NCBI GenBank assembly: GCA_012963565.1
Contig: DTVJ01000074.1
Coordinates: forward strand, 1-27,857
Reading direction: 5' to 3'
Source of the DNA: Piscirickettsiaceae bacterium
GTDB lineage: Bacteria > Pseudomonadota > Gammaproteobacteria > PS1 > Pseudothioglobaceae
Length of the DNA stretch: 27,857 bases
Position 1 is the stretch's first letter; each line of letters opens with the position of its first letter. Below the pieces are notes generated by a model. It was not told the origin of the DNA. It searched no databases and saw only the letters and a list, made by a program, of their open reading frames with translations. Shown here in pieces: positions 18,812-27,857 of the stretch. Made by a program: the position numbers and the translations under genes.

Positions 18812-18986
18812 GATCCATTGTGTCGTCTCTTGAAAGAAACCTGAACCATAAGGCTCAAGGCGGAAGTTCGAAGATTACCGCAGGCTTCCCACTTCAAGGT
18901 GGGCTTGCTCAATAGTAAACTATCTCATCTCCTAGATTGTTTATTTATCGGCTCAGGGGATATAGTCAAGCACGATCACAATAGAC
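18812..18986 (-). ncRNA. ssrS: 6S RNA
   Basis: The minus strand carries the conserved TCCCCTGAGCCGATA and CCTTGAGCC..GGTTCAGG blocks. The ends pair (TCTATTGTG/CACAATGGA, TCGT/ACGA, CTTGA/TCAAG). About 175 nt, in the canonical position upstream of ygfA. GATAAT lies 7 nt upstream of the predicted 5' G. End positions are approximate. Confidence 0.9.
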
Positions 18987-19050
18987 AATTATTATTATCA
19001 CCTCTTGTTCAGTTAGGATCAGACTTTTTTGAATTAATAAAGTGATATTT

Positions 19051-19108
19051 GAGTTTGTAACGAGAGTAATATGGAGTGGTTTGAATTGTATATACTTGTT
19101 ACAAGCTC
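19051..19108 (+). repeat. Inverted repeat / RNA hairpin upstream of dbpA (14 bp including 2 G-U pairs, 30-nt loop)
   Basis: GAGTTTGTAACGAG (19051-19064) pairs fully with CTTGTTACAAGCTC (19095-19108) on the + strand if G-U pairs are allowed. Confidence 0.65.
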
Positions 19109-19206
19109 AGAATTTCGTCTGCTAAAGTTACTAGAGCAGGGTATCGATATTATATATATTGTGGACTAGGGTAAAATCTACTCCATATTAATTTAGAGTT
19201 ATCATT

Positions 19207-20592
19207 TTGAGTTCAATTAATTTTTCCACGCTGGATTTACATCCCAACCTATTAAATAATTTAAGCACTTTAGGCTATGAGTCAATGACGCCTATTCAGC
19301 AGCTGAGTTTGCCGGCAATCTTGTCGGGTAAGGATGTGATTGGACAGGGCAAGACTGGTTCTGGCAAAACAGCAGCTTTCGGTTTAGGCTTATTGCAAAA
19401 ACTGAATGTTAAGTCTTTCAAAGCACAATCAATTGTTTTGTGTCCAACGCGTGAGTTGGCTGATCAAGTAGCAGCTGAGATTCGTAAATTAGCCAGAGCT
19501 ATTCATAATATTAAAGTTTTAACACTTTGTGGAGGTGCACCATTTGGTCCGCAAATTGGCTCATTGGAGCATGGCGTGCATATTGTAGTAGGTACGCCTG
19601 GTCGTATTGAAGAACACCTGCGCAAAGGTACTCTGAAGCTTGATAATATCAGTACATTGGTGCTTGATGAGGCGGATCGTATGTTGGATATGGGTTTTCA
19701 AGATACCATTGATCAAATTATCGAAAAAATCCCTGCCAAACGCCAAACACTGCTTTTTAGTGCCACCTATCCTGATGAAATTGCTGATATTGCACAACGG
19801 GTAATGCACACCCCTGTAACAATTAAGGCACCATCTACTCATGAAGAATCGACCATTAAGCAATACTTTCATAAAACCAATTCTAATGATGAGCGCATGA
19901 CTGCTTTAAGACTTTTATTAGCCAAACATAAGCCAGATTCTGCATTGGTTTTTTGTAACACCAAGCGTGATACGCAAGATGTAGCTGATGAGCTGATTTA
20001 TTATGGATTTTATGCGTTATCTATTCATGGAGATTTGGATCAGCGAGAACGTGATCAAGCATTGATTAGATTTTCCAATAAAAGTGTTTCGGTTTTGGTG
20101 GCTACTGATGTGGCAGCACGTGGATTAGATATCGACTCACTGGACATGGTGATTAACTTTAATATTGCGCATGATCCAGAAGTACATGTACATCGTATTG
20201 GTCGTACTGGTAGAGCAGGGCGTAGTGGTGTTGCTTGTACTTTATATAGTGATAGAGAAATTCACAAGCTTGATGCCTTAGAGCTCGGTATTGATAGTGA
20301 AAAATTTTCTGATCCACTACCCAGTGATAATTATCTAGATAAGCCGGTTAAAAAACCAGCTATGATTACACTCAAAATTGATGGCGGTAAAAAGCAAAAA
20401 TTACGCCCTGGCGATATTGTCGGCGGGCTTACTGGTAAGGGCGGTATACCGGGTGACAAGATCGGCAAGATTAATGTAGTAAGTAATTGGTCTTATGTTG
20501 CGGTGAGTTCAGAGTTGGTTAAACCAGCGCTTAAGAAAATCAGCAACGATAAGCTTAAAGGTAGATCTTTTAGAGTCAGGATTTTGTCTTAA
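19207..20592 (+). CDS. dbpA: ATP-dependent 23S rRNA DEAD-box helicase DbpA (TTG start)
   Basis: MTPIQ, GKTGSGKT, PTRELADQV, VLDEADRMLDMGF, SAT, HRIGRTGRAG; C-terminal DbpA RNA-binding domain (GGKKQKLRPGDIVG). Confidence 0.96.
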   Translation: MSSINFSTLDLHPNLLNNLSTLGYESMTPIQQLSLPAILSGKDVIGQGKTGSGKTAAFGLGLLQKLNVKSFKAQSIVLCPTRELADQVAAEIRKLARAIHNIKVLTLCGGAPFGPQIGSLEHGVHIVVGTPGRIEEHLRKGTLKLDNISTLVLDEADRMLDMGFQDTIDQIIEKIPAKRQTLLFSATYPDEIADIAQRVMHTPVTIKAPSTHEESTIKQYFHKTNSNDERMTALRLLLAKHKPDSALVFCNTKRDTQDVADELIYYGFYALSIHGDLDQRERDQALIRFSNKSVSVLVATDVAARGLDIDSLDMVINFNIAHDPEVHVHRIGRTGRAGRSGVACTLYSDREIHKLDALELGIDSEKFSDPLPSDNYLDKPVKKPAMITLKIDGGKKQKLRPGDIVGGLTGKGGIPGDKIGKINVVSNWSYVAVSSELVKPALKKISNDKLKGRSFRVRILS

Positions 20593-20596
20593 AATT

Positions 20597-21004
20597 CTAG
20601 CTGTCAATCGGCTCAACACTAAAATCTTCCCAGTTTTCAGTATCGTAAGTAACGTAGAATCCCTGTAGCATTTGTGAGGCTTGCACTTTCATTTCATCGG
20701 GCAGTTGCCAAACACGATTACACTCTTTAAAGCCTTTAATTTCCATAAAGTTATTGGCGCGAATAACGTCTTTTTTGCTGAGTTCTAAATTGGTAAAAGT
20801 GGTTATGACTTCATTGACAAACTCAGGTTTGGCTAAATTGTAATAACCCATTTTGTCGTATCTCCTAACCATTTCAATACACGTTTGTATATGTGCTATT
20901 ACCTTGTCAACATCGTAATATCCTTGGGTAACGGAAACAACATCATCACCTTCAATAACGACGGAAGTAATTTCTGGAAAGGCTTTGATTTTCTCGATGC
21001 TCAT
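20597..21004 (-). CDS. Hypothetical protein, 135 aa (start ATG 21004)
   Basis: MSIEKIKAFPEITSVV... begins 13 nt after the purH stop with a GAGAG SD-like site. Normal soluble-protein composition. The ORF-track start at 21082 overlaps purH. Confidence 0.8.
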   Translation of the reverse strand: MSIEKIKAFPEITSVVIEGDDVVSVTQGYYDVDKVIAHIQTCIEMVRRYDKMGYYNLAKPEFVNEVITTFTNLELSKKDVIRANNFMEIKGFKECNRVWQLPDEMKVQASQMLQGFYVTYDTENWEDFSVEPIDS

Positions 21005-21017
21005 AATACTCTCTAGT

Positions 21018-22559
21018 TTAGTGTTTGAAGTGACGCATACCAGTAAATACCATGGCAATTCCATGTTCATTTGCCGCTTCAATCACTTCATTATCACGCA
21101 TTGAACCACCTGGCTGAATAATGGCCTTAATACCTGCTTCGGCAGCGGCATCAATACCATCACGGAATGGGAAGAAAGCATCTGATGCCATAACCGAACC
21201 TTCAACTACCAAGCCTTCATCAGCGGCTTTAATGCCGGCAATCTTTGCTGAGTAAACTCTAGACATCTGTCCAGCACCCACACCAATCGTCATCTCATTG
21301 TTAACGTAAACAATGGCATTAGATTTAACAGTTTTAGCTACTTTCCATGCAAATAGTAAATCCTTAATTTGCGCATCTGTTGGCGCTAGATCACTGACGC
21401 ATTTAATATCCTCTTCTGTGATAACGCCCAAGTCTTTATCTTGTACTAATAAGCCACCAGTAACGCGTTTATAGTCTAGTGATGGTTGTGCGGCATTAAG
21501 ATCACCGCATTCTAAGGCACGTACATTCTGTTTAGAAGATAACGCTTGTTTGGCATCATCATCTACACTGGGTGCGATAATCACCTCGACAAATTGTTTG
21601 TCAATAATGTCTTGCGCTGTTGCTTTGTCTAGTGGGCGGTTAAAGGCAATAATGCCACCGAATGCAGAGGTGGGGTCAGTCTTAAAAGCGTCCAAATAAG
21701 CATCGTGAATATTGGCACGTACTGCTACACCGCAAGGATTAGCATGTTTGACAATCACACACGCCGGCGCATCAAAGCTACGCACACATTCTAATGCAGC
21801 ATCGGCATCAGCCATATTGTTGTATGACATCTCTTTGCCTTGAAACTGTGTAGCTGAGGCCACACAAGATTCTGTAATATTACTCTCAACATAGAAAGCT
21901 GCATTTTGATGAGGATTTTCACCATAACGCATCGACTGCACTTTGTTAAATTGTAGGTTCATAGTATTTGAGAAACCATCTTCACCTCTACCCAGATAGT
22001 TAGCAATAGCACCATCATACTGCGCTGTATGTTCAAAGGTTTTTAACGCCAATTTAGTGCGAGTTTCTAACGTAGTATCGCCCGATGCGTTAATCTCATC
22101 AATCACTGTTCGATAATCTTGTGCATCTACGACAACCGTAACAGAAGCGTGATTCTTTGCACTTGATCTGAGCATTGCTGGGCCGCCAATATCAATATTC
22201 TCAATGGCATCTTCAAGTGTGCAATCAGGATTAGCAATCGTTGCCTGGAACGGATAGAGATTAACGACAACTAGATCAATCGGGTTAATGTTATTTTCAG
22301 CCATCACACCTTCATCAAGTCCGCGACGTGCCAGAATACCACCATGGATTTTTGGGTTGAGTGTTTTAACACGACCTGCCATCATTTCAGGAAAACCAGT
22401 GTAATCTGATACTTCGATGACAGGAATATTATTATCAGCTAAGAGCTTTGCTGTACCACCGGTTGATAGAATTTCAATATTTTTATCAGCTAAAAATTGA
22501 GCAAGCTCAGTAATACCAGTTTTATCAGAAACACTGATTAAGGCACGTTGTATAGACAT
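21018..22559 (-). CDS. purH: Bifunctional AICAR transformylase/IMP cyclohydrolase
   Basis: [67 protein letters not shown]. Confidence 0.98.
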   Translation of the reverse strand: MSIQRALISVSDKTGITELAQFLADKNIEILSTGGTAKLLADNNIPVIEVSDYTGFPEMMAGRVKTLNPKIHGGILARRGLDEGVMAENNINPIDLVVVNLYPFQATIANPDCTLEDAIENIDIGGPAMLRSSAKNHASVTVVVDAQDYRTVIDEINASGDTTLETRTKLALKTFEHTAQYDGAIANYLGRGEDGFSNTMNLQFNKVQSMRYGENPHQNAAFYVESNITESCVASATQFQGKEMSYNNMADADAALECVRSFDAPACVIVKHANPCGVAVRANIHDAYLDAFKTDPTSAFGGIIAFNRPLDKATAQDIIDKQFVEVIIAPSVDDDAKQALSSKQNVRALECGDLNAAQPSLDYKRVTGGLLVQDKDLGVITEEDIKCVSDLAPTDAQIKDLLFAWKVAKTVKSNAIVYVNNEMTIGVGAGQMSRVYSAKIAGIKAADEGLVVEGSVMASDAFFPFRDGIDAAAEAGIKAIIQPGGSMRDNEVIEAANEHGIAMVFTGMRHFKH

Positions 22560-22608
22560 TCTATTCCTTTGAGATTTGATGAATATTAAAGGAAATAATT
22601 ATAAAGCG

Positions 22609-22839
22609 TTAGAGCTTGTAGAGTTCAATTTTTTTCTTTAGAGTGCCACGATTAATACCCAAAATTCTTGATGCTTCGCTTTGATTTTGGTTGACACTTT
22701 CTAAAACAAATTTAATCACTGTTGATTCAGTTTCTTGCATAACCATTTTGTGTACGCCACTCGCTTGCTCGCCATTTAATTGTTTAAAGTAGCGCTCAAG
22801 TTTTGCGTTAATACAGGCGGGTAAATCGGTCGAAATCAT
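22609..22839 (-). CDS. fis: Fis nucleoid protein
   Basis: 76 aa; C-terminal HTH_8 NQSEASRILGINRGTLKKKI; ATGA overlap with dusB, the canonical dusB-fis pairing. Confidence 0.9.
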   Translation of the reverse strand: MISTDLPACINAKLERYFKQLNGEQASGVHKMVMQETESTVIKFVLESVNQNQSEASRILGINRGTLKKKIELYKL

Positions 22840-23810
22840 AATTGCTGTAAAAATTCCTCAAGTAATTGATATTGATGAGCGTGATCTTTGATTTTATTAA
22901 CTTTCTTCCAGAAAGTTTGACCATTCTTTTCATCAAGGTGAGTAGCATACCAAAAAATATGCTTTCTGGCTAACTGAGTGCCTAAATTTTCCCCATAAAA
23001 TTGATGGATTTGCTTAATATGCTTCAAAATAGTTTGTTTTTTGTCATTGAGTGGGATATTTGGTGCTTTTTTACCTGTTTTTAGGTAGTGATTAATTTGG
23101 TGAATAATCCATGGGTTGCCTTGGGTAGCTCGACCAATCATCACTCCATTTGCACCAGTGTATTGTAAGACTTGCTGTGCTTTTTTACCCGACGTGATAT
23201 CACCATTGGCAATCACCGGAATATTAACCTGATCAATCACCTGCTTAATGGTTTCGTATTCAGCCTCACCTTTGTATTTATCTTCACGAGTTCGACCGTG
23301 GACACTGAGCATTTGAATGCCAGCGTCTTGTGCAATTTTTGCGATTATGGGTGCATTTTTATTACTGACGTTCCATCCTGTGCGCATTTTTAAAGTGACT
23401 GGAATATCGACAGCATTTACCACAGAGGTGAGAATATCCTTGACTAAATCTTCATCTTGCATGAGAGCAGAGCCAGCTGCTTTGTTGCAGACTTTTTTGG
23501 CAGGGCAACCCATATTAATATCAATAATGTCAGCACCAAAAGTGAGCGCTTGTCGAGCAGACTCAGCCAGTTCATCCGCTTCGGATCCGGCAATTTGGAT
23601 ACTGATGGGTGCAGGCTCACCTGAGAAATCTAACCGATGTTTGGATTTGCTGGTGTTGAGTAAGTGTTTTTGAATGATTACCATTTCGGAGGTGGTAAGT
23701 GCAGCCCCTTGTTCACGACATAAAGTTCTAAAGGGTTTATCACTGGTACCCGCCATTGGTGCAAGTAAGACCTGAGATTTTAAGACATAATCGCCAATTT
23801 GAATTGACAC
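22836..23810 (-). CDS. dusB: tRNA-dihydrouridine synthase B (GTG start)
   Basis: LAPMAG, IDINMGCPAKKV, GSALM, VHGRTR, IANGDI, GVMIGRATQGNPW; directly upstream of fis. Confidence 0.95.
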   Translation of the reverse strand: MSIQIGDYVLKSQVLLAPMAGTSDKPFRTLCREQGAALTTSEMVIIQKHLLNTSKSKHRLDFSGEPAPISIQIAGSEADELAESARQALTFGADIIDINMGCPAKKVCNKAAGSALMQDEDLVKDILTSVVNAVDIPVTLKMRTGWNVSNKNAPIIAKIAQDAGIQMLSVHGRTREDKYKGEAEYETIKQVIDQVNIPVIANGDITSGKKAQQVLQYTGANGVMIGRATQGNPWIIHQINHYLKTGKKAPNIPLNDKKQTILKHIKQIHQFYGENLGTQLARKHIFWYATHLDEKNGQTFWKKVNKIKDHAHQYQLLEEFLQQL

Positions 23811-23813
23811 GGA

Positions 23814-24308
23814 TTAGCTCTTGGTGGCCTTTTTGGTTTTTTCTAGTAGGCGTTTTTGCTTGAGTTTAGAGAGATGGTCAACAAACAAGATGCCGTTTAT
23901 ATGATCAATTTCATGCTGAATGCATACACCTAATAATTCATCAGCCTCTATCTCAAAGGTTTCGCCTTGCTCATTAAGTGCACGCACTTTAATATGGTTA
24001 GCACGCTTAACGCATTGATAATAATCGGGCACAGAAAGACAGCCTTCTTCCCAATCAATCTCACCATCTTTTTCAATAATTTTTGGATTGATTAAGCACA
24101 GTGGTTGATTCCTTTCATCAGAGATATCAATCACAATAATACGCTGATGATGATCAACTTGAGTGGCAGCTAGTCCAATACCGGGGGCTTGGTACATAGT
24201 TTCAAACATATCTTTGACCAGCACTCTGACCGACTCATCCACCACGTCAACTACTTTAGCGACAGTACGTAAGCGAGAATCGGGATAGTGAAGAATAGAG
24301 AGGATCAT
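23814..24308 (-). CDS. def: Peptide deformylase
   Basis: GIGLAATQ, EGCLS and QHEIDH motifs; ATGA overlap with nadB. Confidence 0.98.
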   Translation of the reverse strand: MILSILHYPDSRLRTVAKVVDVVDESVRVLVKDMFETMYQAPGIGLAATQVDHHQRIIVIDISDERNQPLCLINPKIIEKDGEIDWEEGCLSVPDYYQCVKRANHIKVRALNEQGETFEIEADELLGVCIQHEIDHINGILFVDHLSKLKQKRLLEKTKKATKS

Positions 24309-25864
24309 GGTTTGTGTATTATCGTATCAATGAGTTTGTCTGATTGTTCAGGATAGTCTATATTGTAGTGCAAACCACGACTTTCTGTTCTGTTAATTGC
24401 TGATTTGACAATGATTTGTGCGGTTTTTACTAAGTTTCTGAGTTCAATTAAATCACTTGAAATTAGATAAAGTCGATAATACTCATCCACCTCGATCTGG
24501 ATTTGAGCCAAACGTTTATCGGCAGAATTAAGACGTTTATTACTACGTACAATGCCAACAAAGTTCCACATGATACGTCTAATGTCATCCCACAGATGTG
24601 AGACCACCACCTTTTCTTTTGATGGGGCAACCTTCGATGCATCCCAATCATCAAAGCTTGGGTACTCAGTTTGTAAGGTTGATTGGTTGATATGGTTCGC
24701 ACATGATTTAGCAAATACAATACATTCTAATAACGAGTTGCTGGCCATACGATTGGCGCCATGTGCGCCTGTGTGTGCCACTTCTCCAACTGCATATAAA
24801 TTATCGATATTACTGTGTGCATTGGTATCGGTTTGAATGCCACCACAAGTGTAATGTGCAGCCGGCACCACAGGAATAGCTTCTTTGGAAATATCAATAC
24901 CGAAAGAGGAACATTTTTGATAAATGGTAGGAAAGCGTGCTTTGATCCAATCTTTATCTTTAAAAGAGATGTCTATATAAACACAATCAAAGCCATTGGT
25001 TTTCATTTCCGAGTCGATGGCTCTAGCGACAATATCACGTGGGGCTAGTTCGGCGCGATCATCATACTTATACATAAAAGATTCACCATTCGGTAGTATC
25101 AGTTTTCCACCCTCACCGCGCAATGCTTCAGAAATCAAAAAAGATTTGGCATGCGGATGATAAAGACAAGTTGGGTGGAATTGAGTAAATTCCATGTTAA
25201 CAATATTACAACCACCACGATAAGCCATGGCAATACCATCGCCAGTCGAGGTGTCTGGATTGGAGGTGTAAAGATAAGCTTTAGAGGCGCCACCCGTAGC
25301 AATAATAGTTTTATGAGCGATAAAACTTTCGACATAATTATTGGATTTGTTTAGGATGTAAGCACCATAACAGTCTTGATTTTGGGTGAGTAGATCAATG
25401 GCGATGAAGTTTTCAAATAGGGTGATATTTTTTTTAGCCCTGACAGTGTCAAATAAACTATTTTGGATAGATTGTCCGGTTTTATCGGCAACATGAGCCA
25501 CTCGTCGAGCGCTATGGCCGCCTTCAGTGGTAAGGTGATAATGATCAGCTTCACGTGTAAAGTGAACCCCTGCTTTTTCCAAAGAGTCAATCGCATCTGG
25601 CGCTTGCTCAACCATAAAACGGATGGCGTCTTTATTGCCTAAATTGACACCTGTCGATAAGGTGTCCTTAATGTGTGACTCAAAGTTGTCGTTAATGTCT
25701 AATACTGCTGATATGCCACCTTGTGCATAGTACGAACTACCCTCGAGAATTTTGTCTTTGGCAATTAATGCAATAGATAAATCATCTGACAATTGCAAGG
25801 CACTCATCAGTCCCGCGCTGCCGGTACCAATAATAAGAACATCAAAGTGGTGTTGTGTTGACAT
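24305..25864 (-). CDS. nadB: L-aspartate oxidase
   Basis: IIGTGSAGL, SYYAQGGI, EGGHSARRVAH, QFHPT, LISEALRGEG, ELAPRDIVAR, HGANRMASNSLLE, ESRGLHY. Confidence 0.97.
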   Translation of the reverse strand: MSTQHHFDVLIIGTGSAGLMSALQLSDDLSIALIAKDKILEGSSYYAQGGISAVLDINDNFESHIKDTLSTGVNLGNKDAIRFMVEQAPDAIDSLEKAGVHFTREADHYHLTTEGGHSARRVAHVADKTGQSIQNSLFDTVRAKKNITLFENFIAIDLLTQNQDCYGAYILNKSNNYVESFIAHKTIIATGGASKAYLYTSNPDTSTGDGIAMAYRGGCNIVNMEFTQFHPTCLYHPHAKSFLISEALRGEGGKLILPNGESFMYKYDDRAELAPRDIVARAIDSEMKTNGFDCVYIDISFKDKDWIKARFPTIYQKCSSFGIDISKEAIPVVPAAHYTCGGIQTDTNAHSNIDNLYAVGEVAHTGAHGANRMASNSLLECIVFAKSCANHINQSTLQTEYPSFDDWDASKVAPSKEKVVVSHLWDDIRRIMWNFVGIVRSNKRLNSADKRLAQIQIEVDEYYRLYLISSDLIELRNLVKTAQIIVKSAINRTESRGLHYNIDYPEQSDKLIDTIIHKP

Positions 25865-25893
25865 CGTTAGACAATAAACCTGAATATGTTGAT

Positions 25894-27857
25894 TTAGATT
25901 TTAGGTTTAACCATTAAGATTAATTTTGGCAATAAAGTCAGGTTGGCCAATAAAGCACTTAGCATTGCGATAGCAGTAAATACACCAAAATAGATACTCG
26001 GGATAAAGTTAGATAAGGCTAAAATAAGGAAGCCTAACGTCACTGTAATCGAAGTATAGAACATGGCCAGACCAATACTGCCATGCGAGCGATACATAGT
26101 GGCTAAGTAATCACCATCTTTTTGAAATTCAGCTTTGAAACGGTGAATATAGTGAATGGCATTATCAACACCAATACCAATGGCAATGGCAGAGATGGTG
26201 ATGGTCATGAGATCTAGAGGAATGTTGAGTAGACCCATAATGCCAAGAATAAAGATTGATGGCAAAGTGTTAGGAATCAATGCCAAAATTGACAAACTAA
26301 CTGACTTAAACACAAATAAAAACATCACAAAAATCATAGCAAAAACCACAGCAATGGTTTTAATTTGCGAATTGAATAAGCTTTGTAGCATGTTGTTGTA
26401 CAGTATTAGCATACCCGTCATATGGAAGCTGTCTTCTCTAAAGCCTAAATCTTTCGATATATGTTGTTCAATCTTATTTATAAGCTCACTGCGTTTGAGC
26501 TCTTTGTTAGTTTCTCGAATGCGAACCACCATGCGTAGTTGGCCATTGTCTTCAGATAAATAAGGATCTAATACATGCTTCCTAGCGCTATCCGGGATTT
26601 GGCTTTTAACAATATTAAGAAAAAATCCATTCAATGGTTGGCCGTCGTTAGCTTCGGTCAAAATTTGCATTAGGGTGTCAATAGATAGCACCTTTCCTGT
26701 TTCATCTAAGCTATCTAAGTATTCATGGACTTTGTGAATATCAACGCGTAGGTCTTCATCAAACCAGTAGTCTTCAGCAAGATCATCAAAGATGATTTCA
26801 AGCGGAATGGTACCGCCAAGTTTTTCATCAATCAAGGTTAGACCTTGGTTGATTTCAGTGCTTTCTTTGAAGTAATCAATAAAGCGGTTCTCGACGCTGA
26901 GTTTGTTGATGCCAACACCTGCGACGCCAATAAATAACACCAACGCCACTAGTAGATGATTGCCAAATCTTTCAGTGAACTTGGCCAAGCCATATGTAAC
27001 ACCTAATTCAGTTTTGAATTGTTGAACCTTGGCTTTTGGTAAAAGGCTCATGATGATTGGGAAGGCTAAAAATGAAAGTACCAAGGCAATGGTCACGCCA
27101 ATCGACATCATCCAACCAAAATCAATCACAGGTCTGATACCACTTATGAGTAATGAACCAAAAGCGGCAATGGTGGTGAGTGTGGTGAACAAACACGGCT
27201 TAAACATTTGTTCTAAGGTATTTTTAATCAATTGTCGATATTCTAAATCTGGATCGTTTTGTGCTAATTCTCGATAGCGAACCACCAAGTGAATGGTCAC
27301 TGATAACGTCATTACTAATAGCAGTGAGAAGAAATTAGAAGAGATAACCGTGACTTTCCAACCTAAAAATGCCAAGACACCAGTCATCATTAGCGCGCCA
27401 GTAATACTAATACCAATAGGCATAAGCACCCAGCGAATACCTCTGAAAATCAGCGCTAGAATAAGGGTCATTAGCCCAATCACTGCCAAACTAAAGATAA
27501 TTAGATCGCTACTGATATAGCTAATAATATCTGTGGTAATCATTGGTAAGCCGCCTAAGAATAAGCTAGCTTTATCTCTATACTGATCAATGGTAGAGCG
27601 AATAGTGGCAATGGTTTTAGCTTGTAAGTTGCCTTGTATAGTCGTATCTTTGAGTACTTGTTTTTCAATACTTGTTAGTTTGGCCAATTCGTCTTTTGAG
27701 AGTTGATTGTCTGCTCTTTTAAGGCGCATCCTATCACGCTGTTGGCGTCGCTCTTTAAATCGAATGTTGCTTTTGAGAGCGACTAACATTGCGGTGGTTT
27801 TACCATCACTACTGACTAAATTATTGCCATATAAAGGCGAGCTTTTGAACTCATCGC
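25894..27857 (-). CDS. MMPL/RND-superfamily transporter; 5' end lies outside the window
   Basis: The frame stays open upstream of 27789 (DEFKSSPLYGNNLVSSDGKTTAML). Two MMPL repeats: LGGLPMIT, IHLVVRY, CLFTTLTTIAAFGSL, IGIGVDNAIHYIHRF, TSITVTLGFLIL. Confidence 0.9.
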   Translation of the reverse strand, partial: DEFKSSPLYGNNLVSSDGKTTAMLVALKSNIRFKERRQQRDRMRLKRADNQLSKDELAKLTSIEKQVLKDTTIQGNLQAKTIATIRSTIDQYRDKASLFLGGLPMITTDIISYISSDLIIFSLAVIGLMTLILALIFRGIRWVLMPIGISITGALMMTGVLAFLGWKVTVISSNFFSLLLVMTLSVTIHLVVRYRELAQNDPDLEYRQLIKNTLEQMFKPCLFTTLTTIAAFGSLLISGIRPVIDFGWMMSIGVTIALVLSFLAFPIIMSLLPKAKVQQFKTELGVTYGLAKFTERFGNHLLVALVLFIGVAGVGINKLSVENRFIDYFKESTEINQGLTLIDEKLGGTIPLEIIFDDLAEDYWFDEDLRVDIHKVHEYLDSLDETGKVLSIDTLMQILTEANDGQPLNGFFLNIVKSQIPDSARKHVLDPYLSEDNGQLRMVVRIRETNKELKRSELINKIEQHISKDLGFREDSFHMTGMLILYNNMLQSLFNSQIKTIAVVFAMIFVMFLFVFKSVSLSILALIPNTLPSIFILGIMGLLNIPLDLMTITISAIAIGIGVDNAIHYIHRFKAEFQKDGDYLATMYRSHGSIGLAMFYTSITVTLGFLILALSNFIPSIYFGVFTAIAMLSALLANLTLLPKLILMVKPKI

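Noticed and set aside
22560-22608. PurR box upstream of purH (also checked upstream of purB)
   Set aside because: No GCAAACGTTTGC-like palindrome is present in either spacer.

Overview
AT-rich, gene-dense gammaproteobacterial chromosome segment made almost entirely of housekeeping genes. Protein style and gene content suggest the SUP05/Thioglobaceae sulfur-oxidiser lineage; this is an inference, not a database result. Order: acnB (partial, -, absent from the ORF track), purB, rpsP, rimM, an alginate-lyase-like secreted protein (-), two divergent SulP/SLC26 transporters, truA, dgkA, birA, lptB, tsaD, hisA, rnfH/ratB, corC, a DsbD_2/TauE-like membrane protein, pmbA, a UbiH/UbiI-family hydroxylase, ygfA with 6S RNA (-), dbpA, then a minus-strand run: MMPL transporter (partial), nadB, def, dusB, fis, purH and a 135-aa hypothetical. 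I saw no tRNA, rRNA, CRISPR array, transposase, integrase or phage gene. The most interesting block is 3376-9284. There an S16 with a long Ala/Glu tail and a truncated rpsP-rimM operon are followed by an insulated PL5-like lyase gene lacking the usual NNH motif, and by a head-to-head pair of distinct SulP transporters whose leaders share a mirrored motif. Other leads are a hairpin plus 32-codon uORF ahead of dbpA, a BirA with Gln at the R118-equivalent position, an orphan RnfH/RatB, and an unknown protein where purD usually lies. All calls come from reading motifs by eye; no searches or folding were run.
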